Shown here one piece after another: positions 11,964-22,555 of a stretch of DNA of 36,320 nucleotides. Below the pieces are notes generated by a model, which was not told the DNA's origin, searched no databases, and was given only the letters and a program-made list of their open reading frames with translations. Source of the stretch: Proteromonas lacertae. Its lineage: Eukaryota. Within the stretch, counting starts at the first letter, position 1, and each line of letters opens with the position of its first letter. The DNA is taken from positions 1 to 36,320 of the forward strand of contig NGBS01000656.1 in the NCBI GenBank assembly GCA_002245135.1, given 5' to 3'. The position numbers and the translations under genes were made by a program.

Positions 11964-12681
11964 TTAACTAACAACTACGGGCGTTCCATTGCTTACCAAG
12001 GTAATGATCGTGACTATTGTGAAGAGGCCAATGAAGGTAACTACAATACTTCCGAGGAAGCAACACTATCTACAACAACACTTACTACAAGTCCAACTCC
12101 ACTTAGCAAAGTTGAAACAGAGAAGGAAGATACCGATGATTCCAATTGCCATCACGTTAGTCAGGAACATAAACATTAGCAGGTCTTTCTCGTATAAGTA
12201 ATTGATGGCATCTACGATCAGTCGGAGGATGATATTCATGTTGGGACTTGATATTGCTAGGTCAAAAGAATTTACTAACTAGCTGATGATGGATTGAATG
12301 TAGCTCCTTGACTTTACCTATCCTTCAGTACCTTGCCTATTGCTTATCTGGTTTTCACCTTCCTTGAGTTGATTGTAGTGATCTCCATCGACTTGTTCAT
12401 CATTGTCTTGATCATGATCCCAGCTCCTAGTTCTTATTGACTCCGATCATCTTAAATAGCTTTTGGAATCCACGCTTTACTCGATTGATGAACGTTTCCT
12501 AATGCACTTCCTCGGAGCTGATTACCTCGGTATTGTCTGGCTTTACTATCACCGATAAGTTCGTGTGTATGGGATAGTCCTTGAGTATAACTTCATCAAA
12601 AGCACCTTCCTGGGAGGCTTGATTAGCAAATTGATCCTCTTGGAATGATCTGTTGATCCCAGAGTTGATGAAGCAAGACAA
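11964..12681 (-). pseudogene. Degenerate element-borne membrane protein ORF (two hydrophobic segments flanking a Cys cluster); five in-frame TAG codons, one frameshift, no start codon
   Basis: Manual translation continues through the TAG codons: ...EEVH*ETFINRVKRGFQKLFKMIG...MNIILRLIVDAINYLYEKDLLMFMFLTNVMAIGIIGIFLLCFNFAKWSWTCSKCCCR*CCFLGSIVVTFIGLFTIVTIITLV... Confidence 0.5.
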
Positions 12682-12771
12682 AAAGATTGGCTTTTGTTAT
12701 TTAAAAGAAAAATACACAAAATAAAAAGAAATTCAAAAAAATATTTTCAGCCTTTTTGCTAAACCAGAATA

Positions 12772-14166
12772 ATGACTAATATTTATTCATATAAAACAGA
12801 AAGTATTCTTTTTATTATTTTTTTTATATTTGCATTTAATTCTATTAATAATAACCATAAAAAAGTACTAAATTTATGTAAAAGTATTGTTGGAAAAGTG
12901 AAATATAAAACTTCAAGACAGTCATGCAAATTAAACTGCAAAATAGAAACAAATTATTCATTTCCTAAATATACAAACGATTCTTGTTTTATAAAACATT
13001 TATATAAAATAAAACATGAAAAATATTATTCTCTATATAACCTCAATATATCCCATTATTCATATGAAAATAAGTTAATATATTCTGAATTTATAAACGT
13101 ATCTATAAAAAATATAGTATTAGAAAAATAGTTACTTTTACACTAATTATATGGCAATTCTCTTTTACTATTCAATAAAAGATTTTGTTATAAACTTTAC
13201 TGTTATTAACAATTCCCTTAATAGAGTAATAGATGATGATCATTTAAATGTAAATATATATTTATATGATGCTTTATCAAGATATCGGTTTTCAAGACAA
13301 ATGGTATATACTAAAAATTATTTAATTGATCTTTCTAAAAAATATGAACTATATGAGATGATGAAATATCATACTATTGGAATTAATTCACCTTTAAATT
13401 ATAGAGCATTAATCAACGGAAAAAATTCAGTATCATTATTTAAGTGGTATAAGCTTAATAACTATACAATTGCTTCGTTACCAGGTTATTATGATTTAAA
13501 TTTAAACTTGTGTGGTAGTAGCAATAAAAAATATGTAGATTATAATGTTCAATTATTCAAAAGCTGGAGTGATAGATATTTATTTGGAAGTTCAAAAAGG
13601 TGTTTAGGTAATAAGCATATACATGAGCATCAATTACAATTTTTAGAATTACTATATTCTTCATATAACAACAAAAATCCAATTTTTTCATTTACCACAT
13701 TTATGGAATCACATGATTCATCATTTTTATCATTATTAAGAATGGATAAAGATTTTGCTAATCATTTATCTAAATTAGAAAAGAATTATATATTAAATAA
13801 AACTGTAACAATAATAATGAGTGATCATGGAATTCATTATGGAAAATATTATGATACTTTAGTATTGCGTTTATATTATTTTCTATTAGTTTGGAAAACA
13901 TGATAGAGCACTTCCGCTGTTTATAATAGTATAATACTACCATTTAATTGTAGATTTTCCCAAAATGGTATATCAATAAGAAAAAAAACTTCGACAATAA
14001 TTTAAGAACAAATCAAAATATATTCGTAACCGCATATGAAATACATAATATGTTAGTAGATATTATTAAAAGTAAGATTATTATCAAAGATAGCCTGCTA
14101 AACAAGTTAGACTACAGAAGAAATTGTAGTATGTATAAAATTATAGGAGGATGTTATTGCTTGTAG
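12772..14166 (+). CDS. DUF229-like (alkaline phosphatase/sulfatase superfamily) membrane-anchored protein; one frameshift near 13128 and short introns
   Basis: Motifs DALSR..F.R.M..T, YHTIG.NS..N, RCLG, ESHD, MSDHG.HYG, then after an intron (about 13862-13889) HDRALPLF. N-terminal signal anchor. The 3' end is approximate. Confidence 0.75.
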
Positions 14167-14666
14167 AATTATTAAGTAATTTTTATGAAAAATAAACTAA
14201 CTGAATTAACTACTCATTGATTTTCTAAGCCCGATTCATCGATATCTGTTGGTCTTCTAAGACCAGTGTTGTCGTTTTCAGCTTAAGAGTGTGAATACTT
14301 ACGAGGCATTATAATACCTGATTGTCATTGTTGGGAGGTAGATATGATCAAGATCCTCCGATGGAATAATGATGTTGCATAGGCTGACTCCTTCCATGCT
14401 CTTGAACTTTTTATTGGACATATTCTTTATCTAGATGACTTACAAAGACATTGAAATAAACCTTCAGAAGCCTCCGGAGAATGCTTATGATGACTTTCAA
14501 GGACCATTGAGAAATCCAGAACTAGCTAGAACCTCTCGAAGTCCCAGTTTATTCAGTTCCATTGAAAGCCTTTATAAGGTCACCAGCGTGATTAGATTCA
14601 TCATACTGAGATAACCAAGACTTGCAGATATCTTCATAGGAATCTTCATAGGAAATACCTTATGTA

Positions 14667-14701
14667 TATGGGACTAAGACAGTGGGCCAAAGTCCCATAT
14701 A
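14667..14701. repeat. Collapsed terminal hairpin at the right end of element A
   Basis: ATATGGGACT-AAGACAGTGGGCCAA-AGTCCCATAT. Confidence 0.8.
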
Positions 14702-14707
14702 TATACT

Positions 14708-15108
14708 ATATATATTCACATTGCCTGTAGCTATTCCAGTACTTAATGATGTTCTCATCATTATATAAATATAGCTCTGCTTTTATTAGTTTAGCATTTT
14801 CTTGTTTAGAAGAAGCAAAGAAGAATATTAATTTTGTATTGTAAGTATGCTTATTTCTGAGAAATTCTTTAATAAGTGATTCACTGTTATCTGAACAGTC
14901 GCTATATGTTATTACTCCTTTGTTTATAAAAGGCAACAGTGTTATCAAAGAGTTAGACAAACTAAATTCTTCATTTTTTACTCTCATAAAACTATACACA
15001 TTGTTAGAACAAGTAATTACAAAAGATTTAAGGAAGTATACTATAATTACAAATAATAAATATATAAATAATGCTAAGTTATATAAATCAAATATATACT
15101 AATAACAT
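14708..15108 (-). pseudogene. CgtA-like (beta-1,4-N-acetylgalactosaminyltransferase family) glycosyltransferase, 5' part, interrupted by element A; the probable 3' part is at about 10759-10945
   Basis: FMRVKNEEFSLSNSLITLLPFINKGVITYSDCSDNSESLIKEF matches the CgtA-family N-terminal motif (RVKNE..L..SL..ILP.I..GVI.Y.DC.D.S...I.EF). A hydrophobic anchor lies upstream. Confidence 0.65.
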
Positions 15109-15136
15109 TTCTATATATTTTAACACCTTTGATTGT

Positions 15137-15971
15137 ATGAAACTCATAATTATATTCTGTTATTTGATTATAGTAATGTTATTATTCGTATTATTAAAAA
15201 TGTATTTATCACCTCATATTTTAATTATTATACCATCAGATTTATATTATTTAGATTTGATTAGAAATTTTTATTTAACAAATATTATAAAATACAGATT
15301 ATCTGATAAATTTAAAGTAGTGGCATATACATATAAAATGTATGTTATGTGTAAAGAATATAAAATCCCAGTAGATAAAATGGATAATCAAATTAATGAA
15401 AATAACGATAGTAGTTTATATAATAACTTCCCCAAATTTTATAAAAAAAACAAGATTAAAAAATCCAATAATATTAAAATATTTAAAGTTATATAGAAAT
15501 ATTCTCTTTATGGATGCAGATTTATTATTTCCATTCTGATTCAGATTTGATGATGTCTTATGACAATTTAAAATGCAACATTTTAAACTACGGATTTGTT
15601 CTTTTAAAAAGATCAAAAAGAACTATCAAATATATAAAAGAACTAATTGCTATAGAAAAGAATTGTAAAATATATCAATATTCTAATTTAGAATGTTTAA
15701 ATAAATGCAATATAAAATATGTTGAAAATATATCCTTATTCTATGTAATTTACTTTATATATTCTTAATTGTTTAGTCATACATTAATAAAATTGAATCA
15801 ATAGGAAAAGAAAATCACTTATTGGCAAAACATTTAAACATCAGTCATATTTCAGATTTTGAAGAAAAACTAATAATTTTAGAAAATCTATATATTAAAA
15901 ATTTTAATAAGAAATATTCATGCGTTATTCCAGATAACTATTTTCAGAAGAATTATAAATTGTGTAGATAG
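15137..15971 (+). CDS. Nucleotide-diphospho-sugar transferase-like glycosyltransferase (frameshifted or pseudogene)
   Basis: Signal anchor, NILFMDADLLF (DxD motif, in a shifted frame near 15498-15530), LNYGFVLLK...T and an intron near 15745-15776. Boundaries are approximate. Confidence 0.55.
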
Positions 15972-16394
15972 AATTATTTATTTGAACATATATCAAATTC
16001 ATTATGCTTACTAAATATTTATTCTTTTGTATCTTTTGATTTGTAATAGTTAATTTAGTAGATATTATCTGTATACTTATTCATTCTATATAACAATTAA
16101 TCAAATGTTGATAGAGTTATACAAAATTATAAAGTGTATGTATAATCGTGAATTGTAATATTATTGAATGACACTTTCTTTAATGATGATGATAGTATAA
16201 TAGTAGAGCAATTATTGACATATAAGAGCTTTAATTTATTAATTAATTAATAGAATATTATACTATTTCCTTTTGAATTGTTGCTATTCTCGGTAATATT
16301 TTTCTAAAATGTCTATCATATCTTTCTATAAGCTTTACCAAAATAAGATAGCTTAGCAATAAAACTTGTCTTCTAAAGTTATTATAATGTAACT

Positions 16395-16555
16395 ACGTGA
16401 TTCCTCTTGCTAGATTCTTTGAAATGCTGGTGACCTTGTTAAGGCTTTCAATGGAATAGTAGAACCCGATCATAGAACCTGGACATTACAATTGTTAACT
16501 TTGTTACAAAATGGTAATACCGGGAGGTTCTAGCTAGTTGTGGTATTTCTCAAAG
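16395..16555 (-). mobile_element. Orphan inverted fragment of the hairpin-element subterminal region
   Basis: The reverse complement reads GAGAAATACCACAACTAGCTAGAACCTCC...AAGTTAACAATTGTAA...GAAAGCCTTAACAAGGTCACCAGC, matching about 24056-24217 and 14508-14590. Confidence 0.8.
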
Positions 16556-16599
16556 ACATTTGTTGTGCTCCGTTACATTGACCATAAAATAAAAAAATT

Positions 16600-16791
16600 A
16601 TGTCAGACGGACCTATTCCTCAAAGAACTTTTTCAGGTGGTATAACTACACAGTTAGATGCTCAGCATCCTATATATAAACAGCAGCCTTCTCAGACAGA
16701 ACAAGAGACCCAAGCTGATCAAGAATTATATTCTACATTGAATAAGTTACCGCCAGAAGCTAAATCTATGCTAAACAGTATCAATATATAG
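16600..16791 (+). CDS. Short hypothetical ORF that ends at the element B junction; possible continuation at 24611-24768
   Basis: ATG after an A-rich leader. The TAG stop is formed at the element boundary. Confidence 0.4.
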   Translation: MSDGPIPQRTFSGGITTQLDAQHPIYKQQPSQTEQETQADQELYSTLNKLPPEAKSMLNSINI

Positions 16792-17158
16792 TATATAAAT
16801 GGGACCCTGGGACATTGTCACAGAGTCCTAACGAGTTTTCTAGGGGTCCGTCCCTTTCTAGATTCAGAGTTGACTTTTACGGGGCCTTCATCGATTGCAT
16901 CGATGAAGCTCCCGTAAAGGTCAACTCTGAATCTAGAAGGGGACGGACTCCTAGAACACTCGTTAGAACTCTGTGACAATGTCCCATAGTCCCATTTACG
17001 TAAGGTTCCTACGGGATTCCTCCTAACGGGGTCTACTGCCTACGGAGTCTACTTCCCTACGGGGACTGCTGTAAGCTATTTCTATACCTATCTATGAGAC
17101 GATCTCCTACGGGGACTCCTGGAAGCTATCTAGAAGTGTTGGTTACCTCGAGGTGATG
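16790..17158. repeat. Left TIR of element B: ~200-bp hairpin (16796-16998) plus CCTACGG(G) direct repeats
   Basis: Direct comparison of the arms and with the right TIR. Confidence 0.95.
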
Positions 17159-17586
17159 GTAATGAAGAAGCAGTGATCTCTTTCGGAGTATGGGTAAGAA
17201 CGTCTCAGAGGAAGCTTCCTTACCAAGGACGATGTTGCGGAGCAATATCGGACTTGGATAGGAAGGTTCTGTCGTAGACGTTCTTGTCCATGCCCGGAAG
17301 AAGAACTGCTTTCTTCATTACCAGGATCATTGAGAAGGTACTTTCATTTGATCATCATCCAGGGATGTTGAATCTCTTGGAGTTGTTGCTGCCCAACAAA
17401 GCAAGGTAAACTATTTGCACCATGGTTGGGCAGCTCCGAAGGTGGTCACTGACTATAGTTATCCTCTTGCTTAGACTTCCTCTATCTATCTATTACTTTC
17501 CCATAACTTTAGTCTCAGTATCGGCTTCTCCTGTAATGTTTTTGATCGATCCCAAGACAGAACCTTATCGATAAAGCTTACTATCA

Positions 17587-20058
17587 TTAGTGATTGAAGG
17601 ATGTGCAAATGAAAGTAGAAGGAGACGCTATACTACCACTTTGGAAGTCTTCATAGGTGAAGTTAAACTTATCGATACCATTGAAAGTAAGATACCACCA
17701 AACGCCTGATGATGGTTCAGAGCCTAGCTTTCTTACCCAGCAGGTGGTTTTGTTATATAGCTGGAAGCTCTTAAGGAATGTCACCAGTTCTCTTTTCGTT
17801 GCGTTGGTTATTCTAATCCCACCACGTGTAGGGTCATGATTACCTTCAAGATAAAAGGACCGACCAGCATCTATAGTAAGTTCAATTCTATTAGGGTAAG
17901 CCGTAAGATATCCAGTAGGTTTATCCTGATATGCTGCAAACTCCAACCATATTACCTTAGCTATTACCACGTCTTGACTATTAAGGATGTAGTTCCACAT
18001 TGAAGTCAAGGTCTCATTCATCTGTTTAGCTACCGTGGTAATCTCCGATGATCCATCTCCTTGAGATGCCAGGCTTTCTACTGATGTCTTTAACTCGGTT
18101 GACTTCTTCTGGACGTCCTGAACATTGCTATCGACTGAGTTGATCTTACTTAATTGAGCTGCACTGGTAAAGTTGTTTACTTGAGTTACGGCCAGGTTGT
18201 TGAGGTTGTTGACTTTGCCTTGGACTTCAATGACTCTTGTCTGGCAATCTCCTATCTTTGAATGTACTTCATTGACCTTGGTTAATTGAGCTGGTGAACA
18301 GAAGCTATTGACATTCCCAGTATTGAATCCATCGATCTTGGTTCTGATAGCAGCTGCATTGTTGATAGCTGTATCGATCAGTCCTTTACGGGTATTGTTA
18401 AAGAAGCCATCCAAGTTCCTTCGGAGGTTGTCTTCTTCAGTCCTTCTAGCCACGCCACAGGTTGCATTCACATCGTTGATACTTAGAGAATCCACCTTGA
18501 TCTTGATCGCATCGGTGTTGGCCTTAGTTGTATCAATGAAGTTACCTCGGCCTTCAGTACAGAACTGGTTAATACTCTCCTTGTTGAGGTCATGGACACG
18601 TTCATAACACTTATCTATCTTCTCCGATCGATCCGAAGTACAGAAGTGCTTCACTGCTGTGTTAGTCTCATCGATATCAGCACTTCTCGGGATAGTACAA
18701 AACTCCTTGATCGCGTTGTCAGCATCGTCGATCTCTTTAGTTCTCTTATCGGTAATGAATCCTTTGATCAGTTCCTCAATGCTCTTGACAATGATAAGTC
18801 TCTCCAAGGAGCAGTAGTTGTTAATGTCTTCGATGGCTATGCCGGTGATCAGCTCATGGACTTTATCAATCTTCTCCTTCTGTGAGCTACTACAATATTG
18901 GTTGATATCATCGATATCTATCTTGCTTACAATATCCTTGGTCTTGTCAATAGCGGTAGCTCTCTCCTCAGTGCAGAAGGTATTCGTCTTGTCAGCTTCT
19001 CCATTCAACCCGGCGATCTCTTCCTCCATAGCATTCATCTGGTTCTTGAAGTCCTTGTTGTAACCATTGGCAATCTCAATCTCTTGTAAGACCTCCTTGA
19101 ACTTAATCATGTTATTGTTAATCACGGTGTTGATTGCTATGTACTCCTCGTAGTTGTTCTTCATCTTGATCAACTCCTCGGAGGTTACTTTGATCTGCTT
19201 CTCTAAGTCAGTGAGCTTCGTAAGGCTCTTATCATCCACCGTAGTGATGTACTTGATCATATCGTAGACGTTAACATCCCCGATGTTGAGACTCTCGCAT
19301 AATGACTTCAACAAGGTACTGAGACGATCCAGTTTCTCATCCTCTGATGCTTTCAATTGATCGATTGAAGTGTTGGTGGATTCAAGGGCATTGCTTACAT
19401 CCTCCATGCTCTTATACAACTCTAGTAATTGCTTCTCCGTGTACTGCTTAAGTTCATTGCTGCAAGTAGCAATATTGCTCAAGGTTGTAATAGTCGTATC
19501 TCCGAAGTCTTCAGGGATCTTGTTGTTAAGCAAAGTACCTAGGTTCTTGACTTCCTGGAGCTTCTGATCGATACCTTCAATCTTATCAGTCTCATCTAGC
19601 ACTTCCTTTAAGGTCGATTGAATAGCTTTATGATCTGGTTGTAAGGTACCTTGAAGGTACTCATGGAGTTGATGATGATCAGTCTCTAGCTTAGCCAACT
19701 TCGTAGATGACTCCTCCGAGTGATCATCCAACTTTCTCTTGATAGCTGTTGTGGATGAGGTTACTTCTTCTTGTTGCTTCTGATTGATACTGACGGGTGT
19801 TCCTCGGAGGACTTCTTGGATAGTGCTTACCAATGGAGGATTGATCTTATCATAGTCTATCACGGCCTTGAGTTCACCAGAACCCAAAGCCTTTTGAATC
19901 ACTTCCTGGGAATCTTGGAACAACACGTCCTTATCATACTTAACAACGACCTTCCCATCTATCTTTTGCTTCACATCGTAAGTAGTCTTGTCGATAGTAT
20001 TAAGTAACCTTAACATTTCCTCATCGTTCTCCCGTAAGTTGTTCCCGATGTTGAACAT
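17587..20058 (-). CDS. 823-aa coiled-coil, fibre-like protein with about 11 F/Y-C-T/S-x-x-R/Q-x-x-x-I-D repeats and a globular C-terminal domain
   Basis: Intact ORF with no evident intron, ending TAA TGA TAG TAA. Heptad-rich N-terminal half, repeats such as FCTEERATAIDKT, FCTSDRSEKIDKC and FCSPAQLTKVNEV, and an aromatic/Gly-rich last ~125 aa. Confidence 0.85.
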   Translation of the reverse strand: MFNIGNNLRENDEEMLRLLNTIDKTTYDVKQKIDGKVVVKYDKDVLFQDSQEVIQKALGSGELKAVIDYDKINPPLVSTIQEVLRGTPVSINQKQQEEVTSSTTAIKRKLDDHSEESSTKLAKLETDHHQLHEYLQGTLQPDHKAIQSTLKEVLDETDKIEGIDQKLQEVKNLGTLLNNKIPEDFGDTTITTLSNIATCSNELKQYTEKQLLELYKSMEDVSNALESTNTSIDQLKASEDEKLDRLSTLLKSLCESLNIGDVNVYDMIKYITTVDDKSLTKLTDLEKQIKVTSEELIKMKNNYEEYIAINTVINNNMIKFKEVLQEIEIANGYNKDFKNQMNAMEEEIAGLNGEADKTNTFCTEERATAIDKTKDIVSKIDIDDINQYCSSSQKEKIDKVHELITGIAIEDINNYCSLERLIIVKSIEELIKGFITDKRTKEIDDADNAIKEFCTIPRSADIDETNTAVKHFCTSDRSEKIDKCYERVHDLNKESINQFCTEGRGNFIDTTKANTDAIKIKVDSLSINDVNATCGVARRTEEDNLRRNLDGFFNNTRKGLIDTAINNAAAIRTKIDGFNTGNVNSFCSPAQLTKVNEVHSKIGDCQTRVIEVQGKVNNLNNLAVTQVNNFTSAAQLSKINSVDSNVQDVQKKSTELKTSVESLASQGDGSSEITTVAKQMNETLTSMWNYILNSQDVVIAKVIWLEFAAYQDKPTGYLTAYPNRIELTIDAGRSFYLEGNHDPTRGGIRITNATKRELVTFLKSFQLYNKTTCWVRKLGSEPSSGVWWYLTFNGIDKFNFTYEDFQSGSIASPSTFICTSFNH

Positions 20059-21218
20059 TGCCTAGGAAATGATTCCAGATCAGAACTTTACTTATAGATC
20101 CAGGAGCTACCTCCCGAGATGTACCTTGCTTACTCTATCCACACGATGAACTTCAACTCCTTATGATTACTAGCTGATGGATGTAGATGACTTTATCGGT
20201 CTTTGTAATGAGTTGCGTGATCTGTATGCTGTGAACTTCATAGTCTCGATCATCATCTACCATCTTAACTTACAATGCTTCTATTCCGATAAGACTTATA
20301 CGATAGTCAGAAGCCTCCCTTTGAAGTTCAACTACTCTCCGTAGACTTCACTTGCACCTTTGACTTCCAAGGATCTACTAATCGTCTCTCTATTCCAGAT
20401 GCTCCTTTACCTTCTTGGACTTCTCGGACGTGGCAGGCATTACCTATGAATTACTTTCTCTTCACTCTTGGTTCTAGCAGTCTATGATCACTGCTATAGT
20501 AAGTACCTTGAGACTGACTGCTGAAGTTAGAGTTGATCTCATCCTTAACATCTCTTGAAGAACTACTTGTGATCTTTACCGATACCTCTCTCTTGAACTG
20601 ATGGTAACCCCTCAAGTGACAATTCCTTCTAGTTCTAGTTCATCAAAGTTGTTGATCCTCAGTAATGTACTAGCCTTCAGTCTGATCACTACTAGTCTCG
20701 GTATTGTTATTGAAGTCAGTGTCTTTACCTATCTACTGATAATCACCTTACGATCGATATCTTATAGACTCTTGGACATCTATGCCAGTGTTGCTACTTG
20801 AGGAGTATACGATATCTCTGGTCTACTTACTTACTTACTAGTAATGATTCCTAGCATCACAAGTAAGGACTACTCAGGTAAAGGATTATCGATCACACTT
20901 CCTATAGTCTGCAATTGTAACTCTTTATGTACCTACAACTACTTCATGATCTTCAGAGTCATTGATCCAAGGTTGTTATCTCAGGGTTGTTGATGTCCTT
21001 ACTATCATTGACTTATCCGAGACTCCTTAAGTTTATTGAATTGATTACTTACCATGTCCTTGAGTTGCTCATCTCCGTAAGGTTCCTTGAATTGATTATT
21101 TCTATTGTCCTCGGTCATACCCATGGTAACATTTTACTAAGTACCAACAATGTTAATCACGTTCCTTATCAGGAGATGCGTTTACTACTACTACTACTAC
21201 TACTACTACTTGTGGAAG

Positions 21219-22007
21219 TTATGATGACTTTGCCTGGTAAGGAGTTGCTTCAGAAGCTAGCTTTAGATGCTTCGCTGGAGGATCACTTGAAGCACCTAGC
21301 GATGGTAGTGAGGGTGTTGCTATCGATCTCTTCTTCGGAGGATTACTAAGCTGTTTTTGTCTCCTCATTGATTCTATCCTGAGTCGGAGATGATCTTCAT
21401 ATTGTCTTAAGCGATGATACAGACTCAAGAGACAGCACATCGGAAGTGACTTTACCTTTGGATCTACGTGAAAGTTGATGTGACCATCTTTGATAGATAA
21501 AACTATCTTGGCCTGGCAAGACTTCTCTTTGAGGTGAACAGCATCACATGGAAATGAAATAATCTTATCGAACATCCCATCATGGTCGATTAGATCATTG
21601 TTGTCCTTGGTTGTCTTAAGAATCTCATGTATACTGTGTTGCATAAGCTGATTAATTATATCCCTTGTTTTATCACTGGAGTTGATGGAGATTCCTGGTT
21701 GTTGATTCTTAGTAAGTTTCCCAGATCTACATCTTGGACAACATCGATAGTAGTCTCCATTGGGCTTTAACATCATCGATGAAGCGAAGTGCATATGGCA
21801 TCTACTGCAGGACATAGTCTTGGCTATGAGTTCACCGTTCTCTTCCAAGGCTTTACGTTCCTCATGGCATCGGGCTATTGTCTTCTGCTTTGCCTTTCGT
21901 AAGAGAGCTCTACAAGAACTACAACAGCTGTATGCTCTTCCATCAGCTTCAGATTGGAACTCCTTCTTACATCGACTACATTTGACGATGGATTGCATGG
22001 TTACCAA
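21219..22007 (-). CDS. Protein with two CxxC...CxxCR zinc-finger repeats
   Basis: CSRCKKEF...YSCCSSCR and CSRCHMHF...YRCCPRCR, separated by a basic helix. Confidence 0.75.
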   Translation of the reverse strand: MVTMQSIVKCSRCKKEFQSEADGRAYSCCSSCRALLRKAKQKTIARCHEERKALEENGELIAKTMSCSRCHMHFASSMMLKPNGDYYRCCPRCRSGKLTKNQQPGISINSSDKTRDIINQLMQHSIHEILKTTKDNNDLIDHDGMFDKIISFPCDAVHLKEKSCQAKIVLSIKDGHINFHVDPKVKSLPMCCLLSLYHRLRQYEDHLRLRIESMRRQKQLSNPPKKRSIATPSLPSLGASSDPPAKHLKLASEATPYQAKSS

Positions 22008-22555
22008 TTAAGTATAAAAAAATAACTAGAAATATTTTAATGCCTTGAGTGACTGTAATAATTGACTTGTTACTAAATATTGATCTCATGGTTATTAGAT
22101 ACTTGTTTATTAGCTTTACTTCTATGAGTTCTTATTCATATCTAGGAATGATGATTAGTAGATAGTCTGTAACTGGTTACTACATATTGATCACTTAGAT
22201 AAGCTATTGGAATTTAGCAACTAAGTCCAGGATCTATTTTCTATGTCCCTATTTTTAAACCTTCCTTACGATGTCCTTAAGTCCGGTCAGTTCAATTTTT
22301 CTTGGCCTTATCAGAGTTGTGAATGCACCTCCAACTCCTAGGCTTCTTGTAGTAGGGGTCACTCAATGCTTCCTAAGCTCCTGCTGTTGATCTCATTCTA
22401 GTGTTAGGGTATCTGGTACTGTACTTTATAGTGAACTGTTGATTACAGATTCATCTCTATTCAATTTTTCTTTAGAATTTGGATCTTAGATGTTGCCTGT
22501 GATCTCCTGAGTTGATGAGGCAAGGCTATGTAGGAGGTGGTTCAGATATAAACAG

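Larger units (their letters stand above)
10946..14707. mobile_element. Hairpin-ended element A (3.8 kb, non-autonomous) inserted in an (AT)n run
   Basis: Left end TGTATATATATGGACTT...; right end ...AGTCCCATATATATACT; ATATATAT on both flanks (10938-10945 and 14708-14715). The left ~190-bp hairpin and the right subterminal region (about 14430-14640) are homologous to element B. Confidence 0.8.

Noticed and set aside
17657..20007. Several plus-strand ORFs inside the 823-aa gene
   Set aside because: Antisense shadows of a real coding frame with no independent signals.
21183..21208. (CTA)n / (TAG)n run as a Polinton AGTAGT terminus
   Set aside because: It is an internal microsatellite with no partner inverted repeat or TSD.
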